NCBI GenBank assembly: GCA_025786725.1
Contig: JAHLTZ010000035.1
Coordinates: 124,001 to 188,000 of the forward strand
DNA length: 64,000 bases
From: Syncephalis fuscata S228
Lineage: Eukaryota; Fungi; Zoopagomycota
Direction of reading: 5' to 3'
Shown here: positions 10,824-23,943 of the stretch, piece after piece
Layout: the number at the start of each line of letters is the position of its first letter
Numbering within the stretch: the stretch's first letter is position 1
Notes under the pieces: model-generated
What the model was told of the DNA's origin: nothing
What the model saw: the letters and a program-made list of their open reading frames with translations, nothing else
Database searches by the model: none
Translations under genes and position numbers: made by a program

Positions 10824-13800
10824 TTACAAGCTTACCTCTAATTCATGCCCGAAAAATCGTTTTAATTTACGTAAGCGTCGTTGTCGAACACTTTTATCAT
10901 GAATTGCTTCAGGTGTATTTGGATCCTCATAGCTAATATCCGGTGATGAAACATACTCAAGCAATGAATCGACCGTCGCATCATCTTCAAGAAGCAGCGA
11001 TATTAATGAAGCGCCATCAATAGGCAGTGAGCTTGATAGCAAACTAGTATTGCCTAGTTCATCAGTCATACCATACCCGCCTTCCGCTGGATAGTTGTCG
11101 TCTTCCATATCAAGTAAATCAAGTAGCGAGTGTCGTTGGCTAGCCGGTGATGGAGAAGTGGTATCCAGCTGAACGATGGCACTATCACCACATGAGTCAC
11201 GCGACAATGGGCTAGGTAAAGTGGAAGCCACGACAAGATCTTGAGGAGGACGGGCACCAAACATACGTTCAAGTTTTTCAGCTCGACGAACACCGGCACG
11301 CTTCTCACTCGCTGACATACTCATAGTATTGGGCCCATTATCATCAACTGCTACGCTTATGGCCGTAACAACCGTGGGTAATGGCTGTGCGTATTGTGTT
11401 TGAGCATGGGGAGCAGTGTCACGATGTGAGTTGATTCTTTCTTGAGCTGCATTGATCATTTCAGCTGGCACATGAACACCAAGTACTCGGAATAGTTTTT
11501 CAACTTTCTTGCGTCGTTGTTCTCGTGCTTGCTGTTCATTGGTATAATTCGTGTTTGTCGTATTCATAGTTCGATTTTCCGATCGATTAAATGGTACATG
11601 ATGCGTTACCGTTGACACAGTATCAATACTAATTGACCTATTTCGCATACTTGTATTAGGTGTATCATTGTCGGAGTTGCGGTTTAATAAGGATACCATT
11701 GATCGAGAACGTACTGAATGACTATCAAGTAGAATAGTGGCAACAGATGAGCTTGTACTCTGCTGTGGCTGTTGTTCTTCATCGTACAGATAAGATTGGT
11801 CGAGAATAAAATCTGTTGTAGACGGTGAATGTATAGCAGTTATAGATGCTGCCGATATTGGTGTGGGGGCTGACATTGGTGATTTGGTCGCTGCTGCTGC
11901 TGCTGCTGTTGCGGTGATGGTGACTGTTGTTGTTGTCGTCGTTGCAGCTGTTATGGCCGCTGCAGCTGTAGATGTTACTGGTGTACTTGACATAACACCC
12001 ACAGCCATCATTTCACTTGTTGATCCTATTGAATTTAGACTTGGTTTTACAAGTTGCTTAAATACCATTTCTTCATTCAATGGCTCGCCGAACAGTTTAT
12101 TGAGCTTATGACGGCGACGTCTTAATTCACGTCGTACATCTGGGTCAAGTTCATTGCTATTATCCATCGTATCGTTTTGTGGCAATGGACTCGATGGTGC
12201 GCCACGTTGATTACCTAACATATCACGATCTATATCTTCAGATACACGTAGTAATGCTGGTCGTTGATTAGGATTCTTTTTGGTAATCTTATTAGGACGA
12301 CGGGCTTTTTGAAGACTGCTATTATTGGTACTATAGCTATTGTTATTATACTCCATAGTACTACTAGAATTTTTGCGTGATGTACTGCTATTATTTTGAA
12401 TGGGATGGGTACCGCTTGAAGTAGCGGGTACAATATCGCCCGGTAGACGATCACCAAAGAATCCTTCAAGTTTACGTAGTCGACGTCGTCGATTCTGGAA
12501 ACCAGAAGTGGGTGTTTGTTTTCAGTATCGTTGGTCATTAAACTATTAATAGACGTAATGCTTGCCCTTGATTGAACTGAATTAAGTGAATTTGTTGATG
12601 TGGCCGTTTTAAGTTGATGTGGTTGCTGTGTACTATAGACTACCTCAGCTTCTGTTGTTTCAACTTGCTTCTGTAGCTGCAATGGGTCTGGATGTTGACC
12701 AAAGAAATGCATCAATTTGCGGCCCATACTTACACAGCGTTGCTTTTGTGCCGGTGTCAATCGAGCTGTTTCATCAGCAAAATAACCGTCAACAGCTGCT
12801 GTTACATCAGGTCCCGGGTGGAAGCGCGATAATGCACGGGCAAGTGTCTCTTCACGGGCTCGACACATATCATGATTTCTTCTTCGGATATTTCAAAGCG
12901 CTGACGCTGGAATGATGAACTTGAAGCCCGTGGCTTTTGTGTATCATTTAGAATATACGACATTAATTTAGCATTGGGTGGAAACAATTCCGACATAGGC
13001 TGTTGCATATCTGCCGCATAGTAACGGGTTGGATCTATTATACTATTAATATATCTATTGAATACATATTGACTCATATCGCTTTACCTTGTTGTCGAAG
13101 ACGAGTTAATAAAACGTGTGCATCACTAGTTTCAAATCGAACAAAGCTATGTCGTTTTATCATTGCTTGTACCATATCTTGTGCTTCGTCAAATAGTCCA
13201 GACCAGCAGTTGCCGGTATTGGCTACTTCTTCACGTACTTCCTCGCTAATATTAATCTGAAGAGGTGCATCATTATCAATGTAGATTTCGTAGATGTAAC
13301 GAGCGTAGTGTTCCAACTGCACACCAGGTGGTAGTTTACTAGGCTCAAGTTCAGCCAATTCACGAAAGACTTCAATTTCTAGGAAGAATAGCAATGATTC
13401 GAGTGTAAATTCACGTGCACAGTGTGTTTGGAACGCGGCCAAAGCAAATTCATTATAAATACACTGACGAAATCGATCTTCAAGTCCACCTGGTTGTGAC
13501 CGATAAGAACGTACGCCAGCTGTGTCGTTGGATTCGACTTTACATAGATTATAGTCGCCTTTTGGACTAGAGCCACCTTTATTTAATGCTGTAGCACTTC
13601 TATTAGCTTCAGATGCTTCCAAATTGACAAATGATGTTGCAGCCGAGTTATTATGTGGCTCACCAGTGATTTCTTCTTCGTAGATATTAATGACACGAAC
13701 AACATCATTCATATCCAATATTTCACCAATTAAATCGTCATATTTTAGTGGTACTGTGCCAACAAATAATTGCCCACATACTAATGGACGATATGCACGA

Positions 13801-14795
13801 TAAACAGGACTTGGTTGAGAGCACGATGGACGTCGACCTGTACTTGATTCGGCTGAATTGGCCGAATTAGGCGGCAATGCAGCATTCACACGCGTATCAC
13901 TACGAAGTGGTAGTGGACGCATCGGCACTGGTGGTGGTGCAGGCTCGCCATAGATAAAGGCATGTTCAGCTTCAATAATCCTGGTTAACTCTTCTACTGT
14001 ATGGCCACGGTGTACTGTTACCGGAAATGTTTTTGGTTCAGGCCTGTTTGACCCAGTTAGTATTTCGGTGTCCTCTTCAAGTGTTGTGATAAGAATTCGA
14101 ACAAATTCATTGATATGATTGGCAGTACGTGCATTACGAAGGCTACGGACACGATAGAGACGCTCCTCATTGAGTGATTGACTAACTGATGGCTTTTTCT
14201 TAACAGGTGTGACTGGCTGAACCGTCCATGATGAAAAGCTCTGTGTTGTTGCCACGGCTACTTCACCGTCTTCGTCTTCGTCATATTCACTTTGGCTAAA
14301 GTAATCATCTAGCGTGGAGTGAGACTCACGACTAACGCCATCTTGGTAATTTATAGCTGGTCGCTCTAGTACTGCCAACTCATCATTGCTATTAACAAGT
14401 CGGTCAGCCTCCATAGAAGCCATGAATTGCTGTCGTTCAATACTTGACCACTGACGCCGGCTATTATTGGGACTTGTTGTTCTTGTTGTCGTTGTTCTTG
14501 TTGCTGGCTGTTCGCTTGCTTCAGATGCAGGTAGAGTTGGTGGTGGTGTACGCGGCGGTGGACATAAAGGAGCCGTCGACCATTCAGCGCTATTTAGAGG
14601 AGACAGCATCTCTGAAAACGATAAAAAAGATGTATTATTAGATCCTAGCTGCAGGCTTGGCCGCGGTGTATTAGCCGAGCTGTCGGAAGGCACGCTAATT
14701 AACGGCGGCATTGTGCGCTTAGCAGAAACAGGATATGAGCCTGGTGATGACGGCTTATTTGCCTCCTCGGCACTCCTGGGCGGTGAAGCCATCAT
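10824..14795 (-). CDS. Large RGS-domain protein with a probable ubiquitin-like fold region and six R-rich KLxxFFG-type repeats (two apparent frameshifts)
   Basis: RGS motifs FQTHCAREFTLESLLFF, YIYEIYI..DAPLQINIS and LFDEAQ..V..MI..HSF.RF. Intron at about 13087-13037. Frame changes near 12870 and 12515 join the ORF pieces into one protein. Confidence 0.8.
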
Positions 14796-15968
14796 AGTGC
14801 CTAGCGTTTATAAATAGTATTCGGCAAGTAGTATAAAGGTAGGCAATGGAGATAAATAGTTGACTTGGTGTAGAACAGATGGCAATTAATTAGCTGCTGT
14901 TGTTAGCTTAATAGACAAGGGCCACCATAGGCGGTTCACGAGGACAATGCAGTGGCGCTGGCGAGCTAGCAGGCTGGCTAGCGGGCTGGCCAGTGGTTCT
15001 CACACTGTACAACCAAAATATGGAACGGAGCGATATTTAATCGCTTGGCAGCGTGGACTATATTTTAGTATGGCAATATATTTAAGAGCCAAGTAGTAAA
15101 TCGATGGTATTAGTAAAAATTATTAATAAAATAGGGACGATCGTTTAGCCACCAGCAATAATAAAAAATACGTTTACTTGAACATAAGTAGTATAATGAG
15201 ATGAGAATAGCGGCAGAGCACAGCCTTTAGACTATTCAAAAACAAACACTCCTAGTAATATCAAGTAAAGTAGACGGGAATACATTGGCAAGCCATTCTG
15301 AAAGGCGCAGGATATTTAAAGAGAATCTAACCATGTGGTGGTGGCGACAATGATTAGCGACACGTGGATTGCTGGTTAAGTATAGGAGCGACTCTACACA
15401 GGTTGCATGTATGGCCAGTATGTCGATGGACTACTCTCCTCGATACAAGTACACCGCATGGTCGGACAATTGTCAGGTGGACGGTAAATGGGCCCTGTAA
15501 CATGTATTTAGCCTTTATTGCTAATTCGAGCGTGCATATCAATATCATTAAATAAATAGTATATTGGTCAAAAGTAGTGTCGTATTAATTATTAAATGTA
15601 ATGTTAATAAATTAGTACATTTGTGAAGTAGCTATTAATATCAATGGCGTTTGTTAAATAAAACATTTTAATTGGTTTTATCTATTTGATAACAATTATA
15701 TTCTACTTGCTATGTTCTTTATACGTGTGCACAATTGTATACTTGATCGTCTTTTTATTAAATGATTAATAAACCTATCAATATTAGAGATACTAAGCAA
15801 TAAGCGATATGTCACTATAGTAGAGATGATGATGATGAGGAACTGACAGTTTTTATTTCTGATGGTGCGTTTTTCCTATTTTCACACTTTCCACTACTAA
15901 TTCAACGCTCTGTTCTAGCTTTGAGATCTGTTGAGTGTGCCACTTTTAATCTAAGATCGTTTGTCATC

Positions 15969-17239
15969 ATGGTAAGTTGATTGTTTCCTGATCGCTGCTA
16001 CTGCTGTGGCTAACGTATTTCTGTAATCTTAGCGTCCCATTCTTCTACAGGGCCACACGCGCGCTCTTACGCAGATCAGGTATAATCGCGAAGGCGATTT
16101 GCTATTCTCAGTAAGCAAAGATCACGTAGTCAGTGTTTGGTTCTCGCACAATGGTGAGCGTCTCGGCACTTATCACGGCCACCAGGGCGCATTGTGGACC
16201 GTCGACAGTGACAGTATCCTTTATAAACAATAGAGATCGCTGTATATACTATATATGCATGTATACTTAACTTGTTCTACAGGCAAAACTGAACGTCTAG
16301 TAACCGGATCGGCCGACAACACAGCACGTCTATGGGACATTCGTACCGGCCGTCTACTTCATACGTGGAGCTTCCCCACAGCAGTTAAACGAGTCCAGTT
16401 TAGCGAGGATGATAAATACGTACTTATGATTACCGAACGTCGAATGGGTCATCCCGGTACTATTACAGTCATGGCTATTGATCCAGAAAGTGAAGAACGT
16501 AAGTAATTGCTAATAACAGCTAATTAGATTACTGCTTATGCGTAAAATCAGAATCCTCCGATCCAGTGATTAATATCGAGCCAGAGGGTGCAAAGGCTAT
16601 GGTTGGCGCTTGGAGCTATCTAAACCAGCATATCGTTTCTGGTCATGAAAATGGTTCAATTCGGAAATATGACTGGAAGGTAAACGAATCTTAAATAATC
16701 AAACCATTTATTAATAACAGTATAATAGACGGGTGAGTGCATTGACTCGGTATCAGTCCACGAAGGCATTATTACGGATATCCAGCTGTCAAAGGACCGC
16801 ACCTATTTGATTACCGCTTCCAAGGATAAAACAGCTCGGTTAATAGATGCAAATACTCTTGAAACAATCAAGGTTTACTATTCCGATACACCATTGAATT
16901 CAGCCTCTATTACACCAACACAAGATTTCGTTATTCTTGGTGGTGGCCAAGACGCAATGAATGTCACGACGACGTCGTCACGACAAGGTAAATTCGAGTG
17001 CCGTTTCTATCACAAAATATTTTCCGTTGAATGTGGCCGAGTTAAGGGACATTTCGGTCCTATTAACACAATTGCCGTGCACCCTGACGGTAAAAGGTAA
17101 ACATAAATGAAACTGTCGGTATAAATAGATTCTAACGTCTATTGTTTATATGAATAGTTTTTCAAGTGGTGGAGAAGATGGCTACGTACGTGTCCATCAT
17201 TTTGATCCGGATTATTTCCGATTCAAGTTTGAGTGTTAA
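15969..17239 (+). CDS. TIF34: Translation initiation factor eIF3 subunit i (WD40)
   Basis: M|[26 protein letters not shown]...[19 protein letters not shown]...GHFGPINT...[15 protein letters not shown]. Six exons. Confidence 0.96.
16214..16282 (+). other. U12-type (minor spliceosome) GT-AG intron in eIF3i
   Basis: 5' site GTATCCTTT; branch-like TACTTAAC about 12 nt upstream of the CAG. Removal restores the frame ([16 protein letters not shown]). Confidence 0.8.
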
Positions 17240-17552
17240 TGTTATTTTTGATCATTTAAACGATCTGGATCAGATTTAAGCAGAATAAAATTAAACCCGA
17301 TCACTTGCGTGTCTATGGTGAAATGAAACCGCATCAGTTCACTTTATGTGTTGCAAAAAGCAAATAAAAATATTTGTGCCAATAAAGATAATTATCCATG
17401 GGCAACAACATATTTCTTTACCTATTACTGTGACTGTCTCGCTTAAACTAAAGCAACCATTATTACTTTCATCATTTTATCATTAGCACGATAACATTGC
17501 ATCAAAGCCTATTCATTGACAGCATTTGACTTGTCATTTGGTTTAGACCATC

Positions 17553-18696
17553 ATGCCGCTTGCCGTTCGTGCCGGGCCTAGCTACACGCAGCAGACATTG
17601 ATTAATGTCAACGATGACCAGTATCCTGTCCTAATAGATTCGACGGATTTTACAGGTCGTGTAGTTGTTCGTATTAAAGATTTTACCGGTATTACACCGT
17701 CAGGAGAAACCCGAATTACGAATACAAACTATTTTAAAGGAAGGCGACGAAAGTTTTCGATCCAAGTAGAAGGAAGGTTTAAAAAAGCCGTTTCCGCCGA
17801 TGATGTATATTATGGCGTTGATTTTGACGACATAGTAAGTGTTGTGATGGGTCAGTGTTATTTATTCTAAAATTGTAAAGCCTGCTATTCCAAAAATATT
17901 TGATATTGGTATGGCCGCGGCACGACTCATAGATCCTGCCGTGTATTATAATGCGCAAACTGAGAAGCCGTATATCATGTCACCGTTGCTATGCGGTATT
18001 AATGCCTTTAATATTCGCGATGCACCCGAGGTGTGTCAAGGAAGAGAGCACGAATGTGCAAATCAAGGCGAGGAAAGTGGCATGGAGGAAGAGGACGAAG
18101 ATGAAGATGAAAACCACGATGTATTTTTCGACGCTACCGATAACTGTGGAGATCAAGAGCGTACAGATAGTTTCTACGCACCGGCACAGCCAACATCAGT
18201 CACGGGTATTCCGCCGCCATCAAAGCGAGTTTCCTGGCCTACTGCACATGAAGGCCCCATGGGTCGACCACGTCGTGGCACTGAAGCGAATGCTGCACAA
18301 CACTCGTTGATGATGGCGGCAATGAATCAAAGTATTGGCGAGGAGCTATTTGATTGTTTGCCATTGGCCGAGTATCAACTGGGTGGTGAGCGTGCGCTTG
18401 AAGAGGATACGCGAATTCAGCTGCCTAGCGCTGACCCAAAGGCGTCAATGCCTTATAAAAAGCGACGCAAATACTTTCTTAACCAAGCGAATCGACAGAG
18501 CTTTATGTTTATGCCAGATAAGCAATACGGCTTTGACTTTTACTCCCCTCATATGGATTTCAACACTTTCCAGTTGAAGCTTGGCGTGAGTGTCAAAGTT
18601 GATAAGTATCTTGGTGGACGGCCTATTCGCTACGTTTGTCGTAGTTTGGACGGTAAAATTACGTATTTCGTTATTACTTTCAACTTAGAAAACTAG
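17553..18696 (+). CDS. DUF1769-family fungal protein
   Basis: VRAGPSY...FTGRVVVRIKDF...YF.GRRRKFSIQVEGRFK...DDVYYG.DFD, and the C-terminal RRKYF...FDF.SP..DFN...PIRYV. One intron at about 17835-17880. Confidence 0.8.
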
Positions 18697-18932
18697 CTGG
18701 TTTGTTGATTTTATTCAACGTTTATAGCAATATTGACAAGTATATCGTTAGTATGATATTTTTGTAAAAAATACTGCTTAATCATGCAAAAGGATATAGA
18801 CACTATATGTTATAATACAATATCCAACACGGATTATGCTTCAACTCAAATAAACATGATATATTGCACTAGTTTGAATCAAATAAATATACAAGTAATT
18901 TCTTAGGTTTATTGCATTATCTATTAAACCGA

Positions 18933-20167
18933 TCAGTGATTTGCATACGACGAAGTGATAGATGATAACTCCTGGTTGGCGGTGGCACAGTTGGAATTAT
19001 TAGCTATTAAATGCTTTGCAGCTTTTAAAAGGGGAAGCAGCCGTTTGATTGCAAGATCCATTTGACGTTTACTCATTGTTTCTTTTCTCATATCCAACTG
19101 TTTTTGGATTACGGCTCGTGTGTAGGCTTTCCATCCATCGCTTTCTATAAACTCTTTTTTTACATAGCTTTTGGCAGTTAGATTGCCAATTATATATGTG
19201 ATGTAATCATTATCGTCACTACATGAACCAAAATTTTCTAATTTGACATCAGCCATAACATTGGCATAAGCAATAGCGCCTATCTCTTTGCTTTCAATTA
19301 AACCTAGAGGAAGTGCCGAGTCATAATCAACGATGGTTGCGGTTATTTCATGCGTATTTTGATTTTGATAAACCATTATGTCTATATACTGGTTAGTGTG
19401 CCATAGCATGCAAATCAAATAGCTTACTCATGATGGACAAATCCATATGCACAACTCCAGCTCTATGTAAATAAATTATGCCTATTAAAAATTAGTAATA
19501 ATATTATATTTAAAAGCGCACGGCTTTACCTTTAAGTACTTGAGGAATTATTTGAGCAAGCAAAGCAATCTCATCAAAGGTAGACCGTTTTCCGGACGTG
19601 TCATAGATAGATCTTCTCATTTCAATAAAGTCTTTCAATGTGCGTCCTTTAACATAATTATAAATAAAGCATAAAGTCTTTGAATCAGGGTTAAATCTAT
19701 ATAATGGTTGCTGCACATTGTATTTGCCCAACTCATTCAAACCTGTTAGTTTGTCCTTAGCGTTTAATAGTATCTAATACTAGCATCAGTAAATACATCA
19801 ATTGCTTATCATATCAGCTATTACCTTAAATGCAACAAGTTCATTTTCGAATTTTATTCCACATTTAAGAAATCCATTTTGACCGTTCCAATTTATTTTC
19901 GCTAGGCTTAAATCGGAATTTCCACCAATCCATTTGATACTAGTCAATTGGTGTTTTTTTGCATTTTGAAAAACTTTCAAATATTGACGACCAGCTGCGT
20001 CTAGTGTCGCTTGACCTATTCGATTTATGTATGTATGTATTTATTTATATGTTAATGCCAGTCACAATTATATCCTACCATGATAAATCCATTACGAGCA
20101 CAGCTTTTATATGGATTATAAAGTATAGCCAAGACAATAGCGTTGTAAAATAATAAAAGCCTAGCAT
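18933..20167 (-). CDS. Secreted atypical protein-kinase-like protein (5 exons; first-exon phase uncertain)
   Basis: Hydrophobic N-terminus, GFLKC (beta3 Lys), NELVAF (alphaC Glu), YLHRAGVVHMDLSIMN (catalytic loop), IVDYD. Paralog of 62076-63299. Confidence 0.75.
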
Positions 20168-21246
20168 AATGAATATCTAACGAGATGTGCTTGAGTTTGT
20201 GATAAAAGTCTAATGAGAAAGAAAGAGGGGAAATTTAAGAATACACTATAAATTGCCGATAATGGCTATCTTTTGCCGTTTAAAAACATGCAAACATTAT
20301 TGCTTGTAAGCTATAAGAAAATTTCCAAATTTAACAAAAGACATATTATTGTAAATTTAAAATTGGAAATAGCACCACGCAGCCATTACAAAATAGTTAA
20401 AGCCAATTTATTGCAATGCTTAATTGGGCATTGAAAACGCTTGTTTATGGAAGTCATGTGCTTTCTTTTGAATCAAAAAGTAATTGATTTAACTTTTAAT
20501 TTAGCTGATTTCTCTTGCTGATTTGCTTAAAATTATTTACTACGAATAAATACCATTTACTGTGATAGTACTAATTTGTATTTACCCATATAATGCCATT
20601 ATTTTTAATTAAAATTTTTACTGATATTTAAGTAGCTATATTACAATTACGCTCGATACAACTACGCCACACTATACATTTAAACAATAAACTTGATGCT
20701 TTAATTGACCAATCTCTTATTTATTTATTGAAATTACTACACTCATATTAAATAGCTTATTGCTTATTTAATGTAGCTTAATATTCAAATAACTAGACTT
20801 GGTAATATTTGCTTGGCTGAACTATTCACTTGTTTTATTGAACATGAACCACATAATGAGTGGCATTGCAGATCAGAAATAATCACGACAGTGCTAGTGA
20901 AAATGAGTAAGAAAAGACAGTCGGCAGAAAAACAACAATGTGTATAGCCGTCACAGTAATTGTACCAACAACTCTATACATAATTGGTAACATATACTGA
21001 GTGTAAAGTAAGAAAAAGGCGGCCAAATGAGTAAATAAAAATATAAAGTCAAACTATAATGCTCATAACTTTAATTGAGTGTGCAAACTTATATTTTTCA
21101 ATATAATAATTTTTATTCCTTTTGAATAATAACAAGTACTAATACTAATTTAATATAGCTATGAAATCCACGTTTTAAAATTAACAGATACTTTTATTAT
21201 TAATATAAACATTAAAATGGCTTAAGACTAGATGATTTCTCATCAT

Positions 21247-22791
21247 TCAGTGTGTTATGATATTTTCTACAAACTTGGTAGTTGCCGTTTCTGCAAGCGT
21301 ACTACTTTGTAGTATATCGCTATGCTGCTCAGTATTACCAGTAGTCTGGCTTGCTGCCTCGATGTCTTCATTGATCGAAGATTCGCTAAAACGTCTTTGA
21401 ATCTCAATCACCTTCGACGAACATATATCTTCTACTTCGTCTTTAAAGATTAGATCGTCCGTACGCGACTCGTCGTCGTTGCCATCTTCATCATCATCGC
21501 CGTCGTTTGCATTGTCGTCATCTTCGTAATAATCTTCCCATGCATCTTCGTCAAAGCCTACCATATCTTTAAACTTTTCAAACAGTGGTTCCGCACCTTG
21601 TAAAAGGTCGCCAATAACATGCACCCATGCACGATCAGGCAACTCGTTACGACCTAAAAATAGAATAGAAATAAATTGCTTGTAGGCTGCATTAGAGTCA
21701 GTAGATGCAGCCTCAAAAGAGCCCGGTAATAGAGTAGCATCAGCTGGCAATGCCGCTGAAGTGAAAGGGCCAAAATTACACTCGACTGGTGCATCCAATA
21801 GTACTCGCTGCACCAAAGCAAAATACTCTGGATTTGCGGTAAACAAATCACGCATTTCTGCCGGCCGATCAAGCATTGCCACCATAATTTCTCTTGATGC
21901 TGGCAAGCCGGATATTGATACTTGTGTAGTAACCGCTGTAGCACTGTCGTCGCTGATGCTACTATTCGCCTGCATTCCACCAGATAATACAGGTGAAGTT
22001 GGCGAAGTGCATAGCTCGCTCGGCCGTGGCAATTCCAATGCCCCATTGCGTGTCTGCCCCAGTTCTGAAACCATCTCGTTTATCGCAATTGGCGATATAT
22101 TAATGTTTTTACAAGCCTGATCGGCTACATCGGATGCTACCGATGTGCGATAAAATGGGGCCATATTAGCAGTAGCTGGTTCGTTGTTGTCATCCTGAGC
22201 AGATGAATATTCACTATCTGATATTGGAGGTGTGTAGCATGACGGAATTGTTTCGTGTGGCAATGAAAACCGAACACGACGAGTTTGTTCAAGTGCTGTT
22301 TGCAAAAAACTGGCCGGTCTTTTGGCGCCTGATATATGAGACTCGTTTACAAATTTGGTTTTTGCATTAGCACTGCTACGAGGATGGCGCTGTTTACGCT
22401 GCGCCACCTTAAGCGGCGGTAATTCATCAAGCCATCGGCGCCATTCCCGGGCAGGAATACGCTGTAGCATTGGTGGTGGTAGACGTTGCTGACCATTTGA
22501 TGTAGACGTCATTGTTGTGGAGCTGATATTCACTGCGTGATCATCAAATGCCATCACATTTTGTACTGCTGGAGTACCCAAGGAAAGCATAGAGTCATTT
22601 GTCAAAATAGATTCCAAATTCGATACATCGCCACTATTGCCACTGCTAATACTAGCTCTACTATTGCATTGACTAGTATTCTCGGGTGGTGACGCACCGT
22701 AGATTCTTTCCAAAGTATCCGGTGTGTCTGCAGTCCAACGACGTACCGGTAGACAGGGCCGTTTTAGTTCGTGGACACGCTGAAGCGACAT
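21247..22791 (-). CDS. Hypothetical 514-aa protein (disordered N-half, helical domain, acidic tail)
   Basis: Long single-exon ORF in GC-richer, coding-like sequence. No family recognised. Confidence 0.75.
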   Translation of the reverse strand: MSLQRVHELKRPCLPVRRWTADTPDTLERIYGASPPENTSQCNSRASISSGNSGDVSNLESILTNDSMLSLGTPAVQNVMAFDDHAVNISSTTMTSTSNGQQRLPPPMLQRIPAREWRRWLDELPPLKVAQRKQRHPRSSANAKTKFVNESHISGAKRPASFLQTALEQTRRVRFSLPHETIPSCYTPPISDSEYSSAQDDNNEPATANMAPFYRTSVASDVADQACKNINISPIAINEMVSELGQTRNGALELPRPSELCTSPTSPVLSGGMQANSSISDDSATAVTTQVSISGLPASREIMVAMLDRPAEMRDLFTANPEYFALVQRVLLDAPVECNFGPFTSAALPADATLLPGSFEAASTDSNAAYKQFISILFLGRNELPDRAWVHVIGDLLQGAEPLFEKFKDMVGFDEDAWEDYYEDDDNANDGDDDEDGNDDESRTDDLIFKDEVEDICSSKVIEIQRRFSESSINEDIEAASQTTGNTEQHSDILQSSTLAETATTKFVENIITH

Positions 22792-23943
22792 GGTTGGCCA
22801 AAGATACTACCTATCAACTAAATAGTAGCTGTGGAATAGAGGAATGTGCAAAATATAGAATATAGTAGACTAACTAATAAAATATGGTTGACCAGTATTG
22901 CAAGTAGACAATTGGACAATAAGGTGGTAAAATAGGCAATACAGTGTCGGTTTCAGTTAAAATGTTCCTATTTGTTTTAACGAAGTATACTCAATGGCAC
23001 AGTGGTGTCACATGTAGTTTACTTGTAGGTGTGCTCCACGTCATAAACTGGAGCAATCCCAAAAAAGACTGTCACTGATTTAAATGGTATTTGGTTTGAG
23101 TGGTGACGATTTAGGCTGCTAGCTGGTAATGCTTTTAATAAAAACGAGTAAACGATAAGCTAGAAATATGAATTGTTGGCTCTTCATCCGCTTAGCTATG
23201 ACCTATTATGCTTGATACGTGGATAGCACATGCATATCGAGGCTATGCATGCAGTCTGTCGACAGTGGCAGTAAAGCTTTACATAGAGTAGACTTTTAAG
23301 TATCGAGCGTAGCATCATAGTATGACGAAAGTATCCGTAAGCATGGTAGAAGCTATGGTTAGTTAATACACTGCAATTGATACTGTTGGCGCATTAGAGT
23401 GTCTTTATTTGTTACTATCGATACCACATTCACTGCTTAGCGTACAAATCGATAGCAGTCGATTACGCCTTGACAACCTGCTGATGCCCAGACCTTGCCT
23501 CTTTTAGCTATCATGCAAGTACACCACACATGGTTGCACCATAATGATGTCATAACCAACTTGTTTATGTTATGATGATAGAGCCCATTTTACTTTGGAC
23601 CCCATACTTTTAAAAATAAAAGATATGGGACTTAGTCCACTTTACTAAAGCTTGTTCGTATTTGCTAATGCTTACATTAAATTCAATTGTAGATCATTCA
23701 AGACTAATGTAATGTTGGTAATATGTTTGTTATTTTACTCCAAGTATAATAGTAGCAATATGTTATCATATATCTTATTTAATCTATTATTCAATATAGT
23801 AATTTCTCTTTTACAGATATTAACATACTACAGTTAGCTACATTTAATACAACTATATTGGCTCTGTTCATTTCAACAATAATATCAGTAATTTATTTGT
23901 ATTTACTTTCAATACACCAATATTAAACAATTTACTAACACCC

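Noticed and set aside
23589-23612. tactttggaccccatactttt resembling the Fanzor-element TIR
   Set aside because: Weak match in AT-rich DNA, with no partner end or coding relic found nearby.
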